45,272 bases of DNA. Source: Acidimicrobiia bacterium (lineage in GTDB: Bacteria; Actinomycetota; Acidimicrobiia; Spongiisociales; ZC4RG35). Below, piece after piece: positions 1 to 8,403 of this stretch. Under the pieces are notes generated by a model. It ran no database searches. It was given only the letters and a program-made list of their open reading frames with translations, and was not told where the DNA came from. Both the position numbers and the translations under genes were made by a program. The DNA lies in contig JBGTGL010000035.1 in assembly GCA_041746755.1 (NCBI GenBank), positions 1-45,272 on the forward strand, read 5' to 3'. Position 1 is the stretch's first letter; every line of letters begins with the position of its first letter.

Positions 1-856
1 CGGCTCCGAGGACACCACGAGCGGCATCGATCGCGATTCGTCCGCTAACCCCGGTGCCGGTGGGTGATCGATCCACTTCTCCATCGGCGAACACGCAAAT
101 ATTGCGGTAGGTATTCGAGGGATCGAGCGGCGCCCCGGTGAAAATCACTCCATAGAGAAATCCGAGGTCTGCCTCCTCGGGATGGATTATTGGCCGGTCT
201 TTCTCGATGGCGGCTTTGATTGCTCGTCCGGCATCGATCAATTTCGAGGACTCCGATGGTGGCCAGGGGAGTCCGAGTTCGGTGACATCGACGTAGGCGT
301 AGTAGGCACCACCAAAAGCAAGGTCGTATCGAACGTCGCCAAGGGAGTCGACATACACCAAGTTGTCCAGGCTGTCGACGAATGAGGGCACGTTCCGAAA
401 CCGGACTTCGCCAACAGCACCATCAACTATGGATGAAATGCTCACTACAACGCCGGCGGGTGTATCGATCCGCAATGTGGTTTCGCTCCCGGCGATGGGG
501 AGAATCCCGGTGTCGAGGACAATCTTGCTCAAGGCAATAATCCCGTGTCCGCACATCGTCGAAAAGCCTTCGTTGTGGAGGAAGAGGACTGACAGGTCCG
601 AATCCGGGCTCGCCGGAGGCCCCAGCCACCCACCGTACATGTCGGCGTGGCCTCGCGGTTCCAGCATTAGAGCACGACGTAGCCAGTCGAGGTTTTCCAT
701 CGCGAAGCGGCGTCTTTCGATGACGGTACCGCCGGGGATCTCAGGCAACCCACCGATTACGAGGCGGAAAGGCTCACCACTCGTGTGCGAATCGATCACG
801 TCCACGGCAAACCAGTCGGCTGGCGGATGCCATTTCGAGGCAGCATTGAGATCCAT
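1..856 (-). CDS. Proline racemase family protein, Cys/Thr type (trans-3-hydroxy-L-proline dehydratase-like). The 3' end runs off the window.
   Basis: Not in the ORF track because there is no stop inside the window. My manual translation from the ATG at 856 gives MDLNAASKWHPPADWFAVDVIDSHTSGEPFRLVIGG...LEPRGHADMYGG...FSTMCGHGIIAL...ICVFADGEVDRSPTGTGVSGRIA. These are hallmark proline-racemase-family motifs. The first catalytic residue is Cys (MCGHG) and the second is Thr (SPTGTG). An in-frame stop lies at 905-907 upstream. Confidence 0.85.
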   Translation of the reverse strand, partial: MDLNAASKWHPPADWFAVDVIDSHTSGEPFRLVIGGLPEIPGGTVIERRRFAMENLDWLRRALMLEPRGHADMYGGWLGPPASPDSDLSVLFLHNEGFSTMCGHGIIALSKIVLDTGILPIAGSETTLRIDTPAGVVVSISSIVDGAVGEVRFRNVPSFVDSLDNLVYVDSLGDVRYDLAFGGAYYAYVDVTELGLPWPPSESSKLIDAGRAIKAAIEKDRPIIHPEEADLGFLYGVIFTGAPLDPSNTYRNICVFADGEVDRSPTGTGVSGRIAIDAARGVLGA

Positions 857-900
857 ACCCAGATCGTATTCAGCGCGGGCACTGTTGTACGCTGCCCGTT

Positions 901-1674
901 GTGATCAAGGTAGGAGATTTAACCGCCCATCTCGCCGAGCGGACCCGCCCCGAGTTCGCCGCCGCTTGGGATCCGGTCGGCCTTCAATTGGGCGATCCAA
1001 AAGATCGGGTGGAGCGGGTTGGGGTCTGCCACGAGATTACAGAAGACGTGGTTGCGGCGGCAATAGCGTCGCCCGTTGATCTGCTCGTTACCTATCACCC
1101 ATTGCTTTTCAACCCGACCAATCGGATCATCGGTGGTCGATCCCCCGAAGCCCGGGCGTATCGCCTGATCCAGGCTTCTGTCGCCGTGCTGGTGGTGCAC
1201 ACCGATTTCGACGCCGCTCCTGGCGGCACCGCAGACGCCCTCTCCACGGTCTTCGGCCTTCGCGAGGTCGAGCCTTTCGGCGGCGACTTCGAACCCGGTA
1301 CTCCGGCCATCGGGCGAATCGGAGAATTCGGGCAATCTCTTGACGTTTTGGAAGCAATAACCACCGATGCCTTCGGGATTGCGGGGTTGCGGGTCTCGGG
1401 CGACCGCGATCAGATACTTGATCGGGTCGCGGTCGTTCCCGGGTCGGGTGATGACTTCATTGACGCCGCGGTGGGCCATGCCGATGCCATTGTCACCGGG
1501 GATGTGTCGCACCATCGAGTTGTCCATGCCCTCGATCGTGGCCTTTCGGTTGTTGACCCCGGTCACACTGCGACCGAACGGCCCGGAATGGCTGCATTCG
1601 TTGCACTGGTGGCAACGATTCCGGATGTCGAATTAGTCGACTTCACCGATATCGACCCCGAGACTTGGGGCTGA
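901..1674 (+). CDS. Nif3-like dinuclear metal centre protein (NIF3/YbgI family)
   Basis: 257 aa with a GTG start. DPVGLQLGD, VTYHPLLF and HTDFD are typical NIF3 family motifs. It is followed by its usual COG1579 partner. Confidence 0.85.
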   Translation: MIKVGDLTAHLAERTRPEFAAAWDPVGLQLGDPKDRVERVGVCHEITEDVVAAAIASPVDLLVTYHPLLFNPTNRIIGGRSPEARAYRLIQASVAVLVVHTDFDAAPGGTADALSTVFGLREVEPFGGDFEPGTPAIGRIGEFGQSLDVLEAITTDAFGIAGLRVSGDRDQILDRVAVVPGSGDDFIDAAVGHADAIVTGDVSHHRVVHALDRGLSVVDPGHTATERPGMAAFVALVATIPDVELVDFTDIDPETWG

Positions 1675-1721
1675 CCCTGGCACGCCCCATTCCCCGGGCA
1701 CGCCACTAGCCTTCGCCGCCG

Positions 1722-2429
1722 ATGGAATTAACCAGTCTCGCCGATCTCCTCGATGTCCAGGATCTCGATCTTCAGATAGACCGTTTGCTTCATCAGCGGC
1801 AAAATCTCCCCGAGTTGGCCGAGTACAAGGCCACCCACGACCAGATCGAGTCGCTCAAAGGGGAATTGGAAGTGGCTGCCGCCTCGCTGAAGGGCCTCGA
1901 GCTGGATTTCGACAAGTCAGAAGGCGAGCTCGAGATCCTCGAAGCGAAGTTGAAGGAACACGAGACTCGTTTGTATGCGGGCGGTATGAGCGGCCGGGAA
2001 ACCGAACACATGAGGCTCGAAGTGGAGAGCCTGCGGGGACAGCGCGAGGCGATGGAGGAGCGGGTGCTTCGCCTCCTCGATACCGTCGACCCGGTGCGAG
2101 AGACGGTCACCGACTTTGAGAGTCGCATCGCTGAGCTGGGGACGACCAAATCTGAATTGGAAGCATCAATACAGGCCGAGTGGAAACAGATCGACGCAGA
2201 GCTCGTCCGTAAGGAAGAGCGGAAGAAAGAAGCAATCGTGCCGGTACCGGCCGACCTGATGGAGCTCTACGAGAAGCTGCGCCCCATGAAGGAAGGGATC
2301 GCGGTCGGTCGTTTCGAGAACGGGGTCTGTGGCGGATGTAACATGGCCCTGTCCCCCGCAGAACGTGACCAGACCTTCAGCGTGGAGACACCCCGTTGTG
2401 TTCACTGCCGGCGGATTCTCGTCGCCTAG
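1722..2429 (+). CDS. Coiled-coil protein with a C-terminal C4 zinc ribbon (COG1579/DUF164 family)
   Basis: 235 aa. It has a long heptad-like E/L/K-rich region and ends in CGGC...CVHC. The conserved NIF3-COG1579 gene pair is present. Confidence 0.8.
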   Translation: MELTSLADLLDVQDLDLQIDRLLHQRQNLPELAEYKATHDQIESLKGELEVAAASLKGLELDFDKSEGELEILEAKLKEHETRLYAGGMSGRETEHMRLEVESLRGQREAMEERVLRLLDTVDPVRETVTDFESRIAELGTTKSELEASIQAEWKQIDAELVRKEERKKEAIVPVPADLMELYEKLRPMKEGIAVGRFENGVCGGCNMALSPAERDQTFSVETPRCVHCRRILVA

Positions 2430-2431
2430 CG

Positions 2432-2971
2432 ATGCTGTTCTGGCATCTCGGGGCAATCACCTGGTTGTTCAGATGGATCTTCCGGGACCCCAAAGTCGAC
2501 ATACGGTTCTTGCTATTGGGGGCGTTGCTTGCGGATCTCATCGACATGCCCATCGGAACGATAATTCTTGCGGATCGATATTCCACCGGGGAGCTGTGGG
2601 CTCACTCGCTGCTTTTGCCCTCGCTCTACATGTCTGCGGTCCTTCTTCTCACCAGGCGGGGCCGGACACGACGGGCCTACATGGCCGTTGGTGTTGCGTG
2701 GCTCTTTCATCTATTGCTCGACGGGATGTGGACCGGTCCTGAAGTTTTCTTCTGGCCGTTCTCGGGTTGGGAGATCCCGGCGGGAGAGGCACCATATTGG
2801 CCGCTGGCTTGGGAGAGAGCAGTGGGGGATCCCTGGCGTTGGATTCTGGAAATCGTCGGCCTTTCCTATCTGATTTGGCTTTGGTTCGCCCAGGGCCTCA
2901 ACATTGCCGCTCGTAGGAAAGGAACGATGGAGACGGGTCGACTCCCCGGGTTTGTGAGCGACAGTGCCTAG
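2432..2971 (+). CDS. Membrane-bound metal-dependent hydrolase (YdjM/DUF457-like)
   Basis: Hydrophobic multi-pass protein with His/Asp-containing segments (LADLIDMP, HSLL, FHLLLDG). I start it at the ATG at 2432, just after the upstream stop, rather than at the track start 2396. Confidence 0.55.
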   Translation: MLFWHLGAITWLFRWIFRDPKVDIRFLLLGALLADLIDMPIGTIILADRYSTGELWAHSLLLPSLYMSAVLLLTRRGRTRRAYMAVGVAWLFHLLLDGMWTGPEVFFWPFSGWEIPAGEAPYWPLAWERAVGDPWRWILEIVGLSYLIWLWFAQGLNIAARRKGTMETGRLPGFVSDSA

Positions 2972-3623
2972 AGCTCTTCGCATATGGGCCCTGGCCGTGG
3001 CTGTGGCGGCGTGTTCCGGTGGTGGCGCAACCGACGTACCCGACGACCCTGGGAATGGGGCCGGCTCTGCTGAAGCCGCTGTCTCAGAACTTTTGGGCCA
3101 TCTGAAATTGGGCGAATTTGGTGAGGCCGTTCCACTGGCGATCCCGGGTCAGGCCGTGTTGGCCTCGCTTGCTGAAGGAGCCACGGTCGAGGATGTCGCC
3201 AACGGTCTCCGGGACGGGGATGAGCTCATCGTCAACAACCTCTGGTCGGGATTTGCCCAGACCGTTGAACCTTTTCTGATCGATACGCCTGAACTCGCCG
3301 GCTCAGAACCAATCGAGACGCAGGGTGTCAGTTTCGATCTCGTGACCGTACGCAGCACTGGTGGAGAACGGACCTTCACCACACGCGACGTCGAGGGATA
3401 CCGCGTCGATATCTTTGCGACCTTTGGGCCCTCGCTGGCCAGCAGGCTCTACCCGGCGGTCGAGCGGTTGTTTGACTCCCCGGAAGAGGATGCGATCTTC
3501 GTCCTCGGCGCACTGCGGGACCAAGTTCCCTCGCTGCACATGGCCGCGTTGACTCCGGGACTCGCACCGAACGTCGTCCAGGACATCCTTCAGTTGATCG
3601 AGTTGGTCACCCGGATCAGCTGA
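2964..3623 (+). CDS. Putative lipoprotein, unknown function
   Basis: Signal peptide plus lipobox (ALAVAVAACSGG) with a GTG start. Acidic soluble domain. No family recognised. Confidence 0.55.
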   Translation: MPRALRIWALAVAVAACSGGGATDVPDDPGNGAGSAEAAVSELLGHLKLGEFGEAVPLAIPGQAVLASLAEGATVEDVANGLRDGDELIVNNLWSGFAQTVEPFLIDTPELAGSEPIETQGVSFDLVTVRSTGGERTFTTRDVEGYRVDIFATFGPSLASRLYPAVERLFDSPEEDAIFVLGALRDQVPSLHMAALTPGLAPNVVQDILQLIELVTRIS

Positions 3624-4593
3624 CGTCGCGAAGCGCGGGTAGAACTTCTTTCCCGAGCAGGGCGATCAGTCCCGGTTGATCCAAAGACGCCATCTGGAAG
3701 GTGACGATGTCGGCTGCCAGTTCGGTGATCAGGGGCCGATACGCGGCGACAATGGCGTCGCCATCGTGTACCAGGGTGTACCTCTCGAGCACTTCGCTTC
3801 GGGGCATCTCATCGGCCCGCTCCCTCAGCGTTGCCGGGTCGACGGCTTCGAGGCGGCCCGGTGCGCGCAATCCCCGCCAGGAGAAAAGGGCCTCCCAGGC
3901 TTCGTCTTCATCGGCCGCAAAGAGTGACCACCGCGTCGCCAGCACAGTTGTCGGTTTGCTGCCGGCAGCGGCGCGGAGGGGCTCGATGACATTGGCGATC
4001 GTTTCTGCCGGGTCTTTCACCGAAGTGATCACACCCTGGGCTTTCTCACCCGCCAGGGTGGCGGACTTCGGCCCACCTGCGGCCATGAGAATCGGAACCC
4101 GCCCGAGGGGGGGAGAGTAGAGCTTGGCCCGGTCGGTGGCGTAGTACTCGCCGTCGAACGTGAGCTTTTCCCCATCGAGTAAGCGGCGCATTATCTCCAG
4201 AGCCTCTGTCATCCGGGCATTTCGCTCCGCATACGCGGGAAACTCGTACCCGAGCGGGCCTTCGTTGATGTTTTCGCCGGTGCCGACTCCGAGAGTGAAT
4301 CGGCCACCGGAGAGCCGATCGAGCGTTGCCGCCGCCTGGGCGACTACGGCAGGGTGGTAGCGGAACAGGGGCGTCGTGACCCCGGTGGCAAATTCGAGTG
4401 AGGTAGTGCGAGCGGCCATTGCCCCAATCGTGGAGAAGGCGAAGCCCGAGGCCGACTTGTCGTCCACCCAGGGGTGGAAGTGCTCGGAGACAACCACCAT
4501 GTCGAACCCGGCCTTCTCGGCTAGAACCGCATGTTCCACCAATTCCTCGGGTTGCCACTGCTCATGTCCACAGAAGTAGGCGAATTTGGTCAT
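3616..4593 (-). CDS. LLM-class F420-dependent oxidoreductase, glucose-6-phosphate dehydrogenase (Fgd) family
   Basis: 325 aa. It resembles mycobacterial Fgd along its length: SEHFHPW, TPLFRYHPAVVAQAAATL, LGVGTGE and FDGEYY. Confidence 0.85.
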   Translation of the reverse strand: MTKFAYFCGHEQWQPEELVEHAVLAEKAGFDMVVVSEHFHPWVDDKSASGFAFSTIGAMAARTTSLEFATGVTTPLFRYHPAVVAQAAATLDRLSGGRFTLGVGTGENINEGPLGYEFPAYAERNARMTEALEIMRRLLDGEKLTFDGEYYATDRAKLYSPPLGRVPILMAAGGPKSATLAGEKAQGVITSVKDPAETIANVIEPLRAAAGSKPTTVLATRWSLFAADEDEAWEALFSWRGLRAPGRLEAVDPATLRERADEMPRSEVLERYTLVHDGDAIVAAYRPLITELAADIVTFQMASLDQPGLIALLGKEVLPALRDVS

Positions 4594-4623
4594 CCCGGGA
4601 CCTCCTTGGGTGGGTCGGAAACC

Positions 4624-6309
4624 CTACTGGTAGCTTACGAATATTGGGGTGGGTACCTTCCCCATCGTATGTTCTGGTGATGGCGTGGGCGAATCCTCGT
4701 CGTAGAAGTTCTTCCAGCCCCACTTCCAGTGGTCGTCCTCCCAACCCTTTGTGAGCACTTCGAAAGTGGTGTCCTTGGTGGCGATCGGTCCCTGGCCATC
4801 CATCTGGATAACCATCTGCAATTCCGGTCGTTGCTTCAGAGTGTCCCGGTTCTCAATCATGAACTCCCGGAATTGGTGGACGATGATCATCTTTTGAGGG
4901 AGGCCGTTGTCGCGGACCAGGTCGGCGAGCCAGTCGACTACCTGGTTGACTTCAGCCGCGTCGACCCTCCCAACCTGGCGAAGGTGGACCTCATCGGACT
5001 TCAACCGCCACTCCGGGTCGAGGGCCAATCCGACATGGGGGAGTAGGAGAAGCTCTTCATACATTTTCGCCTGCGACAGGAAATCTTCGCGGCCGCTTTG
5101 AAGGTCGAGGATCACGTAGGCGCCCTTTTCGGCGGCAAGGTCGGTCCAGGGGATGTACGTCGAAACCGGCCACTCGAAGCTGTAGTCGCCGTCCTCGGTT
5201 ATGTCCGCTGCGGCAACGGAAGCCATGACTTCGAAGGTGGGGATAGCTTGATGCCCGTCGGCCTCATACTCGGTGAGCAGCGGTGCCATTCTGTCCAGGG
5301 TTTCCTGGGGCCCCTGCTCCCCGAGAACGCCCAGCGCTGAACCGTTGGGATGACCGTAGAAAGCAACGTACCGCTTCGGTCGCTCATCGCCGAGGATGGA
5401 GAACCCTCCACCGGGGAGCTGTTTTCCGTTGAGGAGGACAGCGAGTTCCCAGTCGCTGGTTTCGGGAACCGCCCCTATGAATCGAAGCGTGGATGGGTCA
5501 CGTCCGGAGAGGGCAGTTCCCACTTCGGGATATCCGAGAATGTCGCTCGAGTCGATTGCAACCACCTGGGCGCCAACCGCTTCACCGGTGCCCGCGGCGA
5601 GAAGGATCGTGACGGGGTCGGCCGCATCAACCAGCCAAACCCGATTTGCATCCGAAGGTTGGGCCAGAGCAGCGACGATCTCGTCCGAATTGAGGGTGGG
5701 CGCGAGTGCGGCGGTTGTGTCTCCGGGGGTGGTTTGGGGAAGGACAACACGGTCCCGAGCAGCGATCGCGGCGACAGTTTCGGTGATAGTCGTGGTGTCG
5801 GGTGTTGCCGGAAGTCGTATCTCGGAACTGACGCCGAGTACGTCGCTTGCTTCGGCAACGGCATCAGAAATCGAGTGACGGGATACGTTGGAACCAGGGG
5901 GGAGGGTTATCTCGAGATCTCCGATGATGTGGACATGAAGTGGTTTCAGCCGGCCAATCTCAGCGGCGAGTTGAGGATGGGGGAGCAGCAGCGGTCCTTG
6001 GAACGCCGCAGCAAGCTGTGCCCCGGCGGCCAGGGCGTTGATATCAACGGGGTCAGCGACCACTACCTCGTCAGCGCAGACGAAGAGCTCACCCGACAAA
6101 AAGAGGGCGTCAGTAGCGGGGGCTCCGGTTGAGACTGATCCCCCAACACCGGTGTCACGGACACAACTCCTTGCGCCAGGGTCGGTTGTCGTCGTTTCCT
6201 GGGCCGAGTTGGGAACCGACGATCCCCCATTGGACGACTCCGTCGAGGGGCTTTCGGAACAGGCGGCGACGACGAGACAGATTGCGATGAGGCGCGCGAT
6301 AGTTTTCAT
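4624..6309 (-). CDS. Large secreted lipoprotein, function unknown (conserved W/D/H-rich C-terminal domain)
   Basis: 561 aa with a lipoprotein signal (LIAICLVVAACSES) and a Ser/Thr-rich linker. The C-terminal ~230 aa look globular (FYGHP, LALDPEW, IVHQF, WKWGWKNFYD). Any hydrolase assignment would be speculation. Confidence 0.6.
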   Translation of the reverse strand: MKTIARLIAICLVVAACSESPSTESSNGGSSVPNSAQETTTTDPGARSCVRDTGVGGSVSTGAPATDALFLSGELFVCADEVVVADPVDINALAAGAQLAAAFQGPLLLPHPQLAAEIGRLKPLHVHIIGDLEITLPPGSNVSRHSISDAVAEASDVLGVSSEIRLPATPDTTTITETVAAIAARDRVVLPQTTPGDTTAALAPTLNSDEIVAALAQPSDANRVWLVDAADPVTILLAAGTGEAVGAQVVAIDSSDILGYPEVGTALSGRDPSTLRFIGAVPETSDWELAVLLNGKQLPGGGFSILGDERPKRYVAFYGHPNGSALGVLGEQGPQETLDRMAPLLTEYEADGHQAIPTFEVMASVAAADITEDGDYSFEWPVSTYIPWTDLAAEKGAYVILDLQSGREDFLSQAKMYEELLLLPHVGLALDPEWRLKSDEVHLRQVGRVDAAEVNQVVDWLADLVRDNGLPQKMIIVHQFREFMIENRDTLKQRPELQMVIQMDGQGPIATKDTTFEVLTKGWEDDHWKWGWKNFYDEDSPTPSPEHTMGKVPTPIFVSYQ

Positions 6310-6369
6310 AGAAGGTGGGATCCCGGAATCGTAATAGTCGGCAAACTGAATTCGACGTTTTGTTTGACG

Positions 6370-7053
6370 TCAGAACAACGTGTCCGGTTCCGCTGGTTCC
6401 CGCAATTTCGGGTCGTTGTTCCTGACCGAATTCACCCGGGAGGACACCAGATGCTCCATGAGCTCGTCCGGATCTGTCGCGTTGATCAGTCCCAACGCGG
6501 TCTCCTGATCGCGCATCGACCGGTCAAGCCAGGGATCCCAGACTTCTCTGGGCAAGGTCACGGGCATGCGGTCGTGAATTTTGGCGATGACGCCCACTGA
6601 TTCGGTGGTCAAGATTGAACAAGTACGAATCCAGTCGTCGGTCTCGGGGTCCTTTCGGGTGGCCCAGATTCCGGCAAACACCATGGGGAATCCGTCGGAG
6701 CGGAATATCCAGTGCGGTTTTCGCCCCTGTTCTGCAGGCTCCCACTCGTAGAAGCCATCTGCCGGGATCAGACATCGTCTTCGCTGAAAGCAATCCCGAA
6801 AAGTGTTGTTAGTCGCAACTGTTTCGACCCTCGCGTTGATATGGATCGACTTGGAATTGGCAGCCCAGTGGGGGACGAGCCCCCAGGGCATCTCGGCCAG
6901 GATCCTGGTGTCGTCCCTTTCGTTGATGACATAGATCTTGTCGGTAGGGGCTACGTTCCAACTGGGCCCGTGCCCCCCGGCATCGACCGAATCGACCCCG
7001 AAGTATTCGGCGTAGAAATCGAGATCACCGGTGATCGAAAAACGCCCGCACAT
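6370..7053 (-). CDS. SOS response-associated peptidase (SRAP/YedK/HMCES family, abasic-site processing protein)
   Basis: 227 aa beginning MCGRF, which carries the catalytic Cys2. Also WNVAPT, PWGLVPHW, INARVET, PADGFYEW and HDRMP. Confidence 0.9.
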   Translation of the reverse strand: MCGRFSITGDLDFYAEYFGVDSVDAGGHGPSWNVAPTDKIYVINERDDTRILAEMPWGLVPHWAANSKSIHINARVETVATNNTFRDCFQRRRCLIPADGFYEWEPAEQGRKPHWIFRSDGFPMVFAGIWATRKDPETDDWIRTCSILTTESVGVIAKIHDRMPVTLPREVWDPWLDRSMRDQETALGLINATDPDELMEHLVSSRVNSVRNNDPKLREPAEPDTLF

Positions 7054-7061
7054 GATTCCTC

Positions 7062-7478
7062 CTAGTTCTGATTCCGCAGGTGGAGCGCAGACTCGGTGAG
7101 TTTGTCGGTTAGAAACTCGAGAAGTGGTCCGGACACTTCAGTTTGGCTCATGGCTGCGGTCATACATCTCATCCACTCAGCAGCCTCAAAGTCGCCGATC
7201 GCAAAGGGTAAGTGGCGCATCCGGAGTCGAGGATGTCCCCGTTTCTCGATGTAGAGGGGAGGGCCGCCCATCCAGCCGGTCATGAATTCGAAGAGCTTGG
7301 TTCGAGACACCGAGGTGTCATCGGGAAGCATCTCACGGAGGACCGGTGACTCCACTTCGACAATGTCGTAGAACTTATTGACCAGTTCGCTCACCCGGTC
7401 GATACCGCCGATTTCGAGGAAGGGGGTCGCAGCGTCGCCCCAAGGGTGTTTGGTAGAACCATGAGATGAGGGGATCAC
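7062..7478 (-). CDS. glbO: Group II truncated haemoglobin (GlbO/YjbI-like)
   Basis: The C-terminal 138 aa of track ORF 7062..8114 carry FYDIV...FMTGWMGGPPLYIEKRGHPRLRMRHLPFAIG...AEWMRCM, typical of trHbO. I use the in-frame GTG at 7478. The rest of the 350-aa ORF is antisense to a membrane gene and to rnpB. Confidence 0.8.
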   Translation of the reverse strand: MIPSSHGSTKHPWGDAATPFLEIGGIDRVSELVNKFYDIVEVESPVLREMLPDDTSVSRTKLFEFMTGWMGGPPLYIEKRGHPRLRMRHLPFAIGDFEAAEWMRCMTAAMSQTEVSGPLLEFLTDKLTESALHLRNQN

Positions 7479-7535
7479 CAGTCGATTATCCCAACTTCCA
7501 GAGGTTTCACCAAGGTATCGGGCTATGTTGGCCCG

Positions 7536-7916
7536 ATGCTGGCTGCATTGAATGTGAGCGCCGTCGCCCTCGGAGTGGCCGGCGGAGGGTTGACGGCCAC
7601 CATCGTGGCACTGGGGTTGGGTGGCCTCTTGTCGGTGGTCAACGTACCCAACGGTGCTGATCTCGGTCTTTTGGTGGGGATCCTCGTGGGGCTGGTATTT
7701 GGCGGCTGGCTGGCCGGTCGGTTTGCGGTTCATTCCCATCGATTCCATGGGTCGATCGTCGGATTGGCGATTACCGCTTTGATCGTGCTTCTCGCCAGCC
7801 TTGGTGCTGCTGAGATCTCGATACTCACCGTGGTTTGGATGGCCTTTATCGCAATCGTGGTGGCTGGCCTCGGAGGATGGCTGGGAGGACGCAACCGGCC
7901 GCAACCGGTAGAATGA
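7536..7916 (+). CDS. Small integral membrane protein (4 predicted TM segments)
   Basis: 126 aa, Gly/Leu/Val-rich with clear hydrophobic periodicity. The stop lies 5 nt before rnpB. Confidence 0.55.
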   Translation: MLAALNVSAVALGVAGGGLTATIVALGLGGLLSVVNVPNGADLGLLVGILVGLVFGGWLAGRFAVHSHRFHGSIVGLAITALIVLLASLGAAEISILTVVWMAFIAIVVAGLGGWLGGRNRPQPVE

Positions 7917-7921
7917 ATAGT

Positions 7922-8289
7922 GCGAGCCTGTCGGACGGCCGCGGCTCCGCTTTTGCGGAGGTGAGGAAAGTCCGGACTCCACAGGGCATGGTGCTGGGTA
8001 ACTCCCAGGCGGGGTGACCCGACGGAAAGTGCAGCAGAAACCAGACCGCCGATGGTCCTCGGACACAGGCAAGGGTGAAACGGTGGTGTAAGAGACCACC
8101 AGCGTCCCGGGCAACCGGGTCGGCTTGTAAACCCCACCAGGAGCAAGGCCAAGCAGGGATCAGCGGCCCGCTGAACATCCCGGGTAGGCCGCATGAGCGT
8201 GTTGGTGACAGCACGCCTAGATGGATGGTCGTCGTCTGTCGGCCCGAGGGCCGACAGAGTACAGAATCCGGCTTACAGACAGGCTCGCA
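7922..8289 (+). ncRNA. rnpB: RNase P RNA, bacterial type A
   Basis: The universal P4 strands are present: GAGGAAAGTCCGGACTCCACAGGGCA (7963-) and ACAGAATCCGGCTTACAG (8261-). GGTGAAACGGTGGTGTAAGAGACCACCAG is also present. P1 pairing is CGAGCCTGTC (7923-7932) with GACAGGCTCG (8278-8287). Confidence 0.95.
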
Positions 8290-8403
8290 GTCTTCCTTGC
8301 CGAAATCCGGCGTTCTCGATCTCCTGAGCAATAGCCTGGGTTCGTTTCGAAACCTTTGTCGCGTCGGTCCGGTCGAAACGTTGGCTCTAAAGGAGGAGTG
8401 CAA

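Noticed and set aside
363-1079. 238-aa plus-strand ORF at the left edge
   Set aside because: It is antisense to the well-supported proline-racemase-family gene and overlaps the NIF3 start. The composition is Arg/Ser/Pro-rich, typical of a wrong frame.
1678-1704. TGGCACG...GGGCACG direct repeat resembling a sigma-54 -24 element upstream of the COG1579 gene
   Set aside because: The -12 element (TTGC) is not at the right spacing (TGGCACG-CCCC-ATTC). The lineage inferred here generally lacks RpoN. The resemblance is probably chance.
5350-6132. Long antisense or alternate-frame ORFs inside real genes, for example 5350..6132 (+), 10924..11697 (-), 14848..15537 (-), 19743..20357 (+), 38411..38965 (-) and 29127..29684 (-)
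   Set aside because: Each lies entirely within a gene that has strong family motifs on the other strand or frame. Their translations have biased Arg/Gly/Pro composition and no motifs, as expected for shadow ORFs at this GC content.
6340-6369. Short hairpin GACGT-TTTGTTTG-ACGTC downstream of the SRAP gene as a terminator
   Set aside because: The stem is only 5 bp and there is no U-tract on the relevant strand. This is insufficient to call.
7062-8114. 350-aa minus-strand ORF that looks like one large protein
   Set aside because: Only the last 138 codons (7062-7478) are globin-like. The rest is low-complexity, Pro/Ser/Gly/His-rich, antisense to a good membrane-protein gene (7536-7916) and to rnpB. 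It is a chimeric artefact of an open frame in high-GC DNA.
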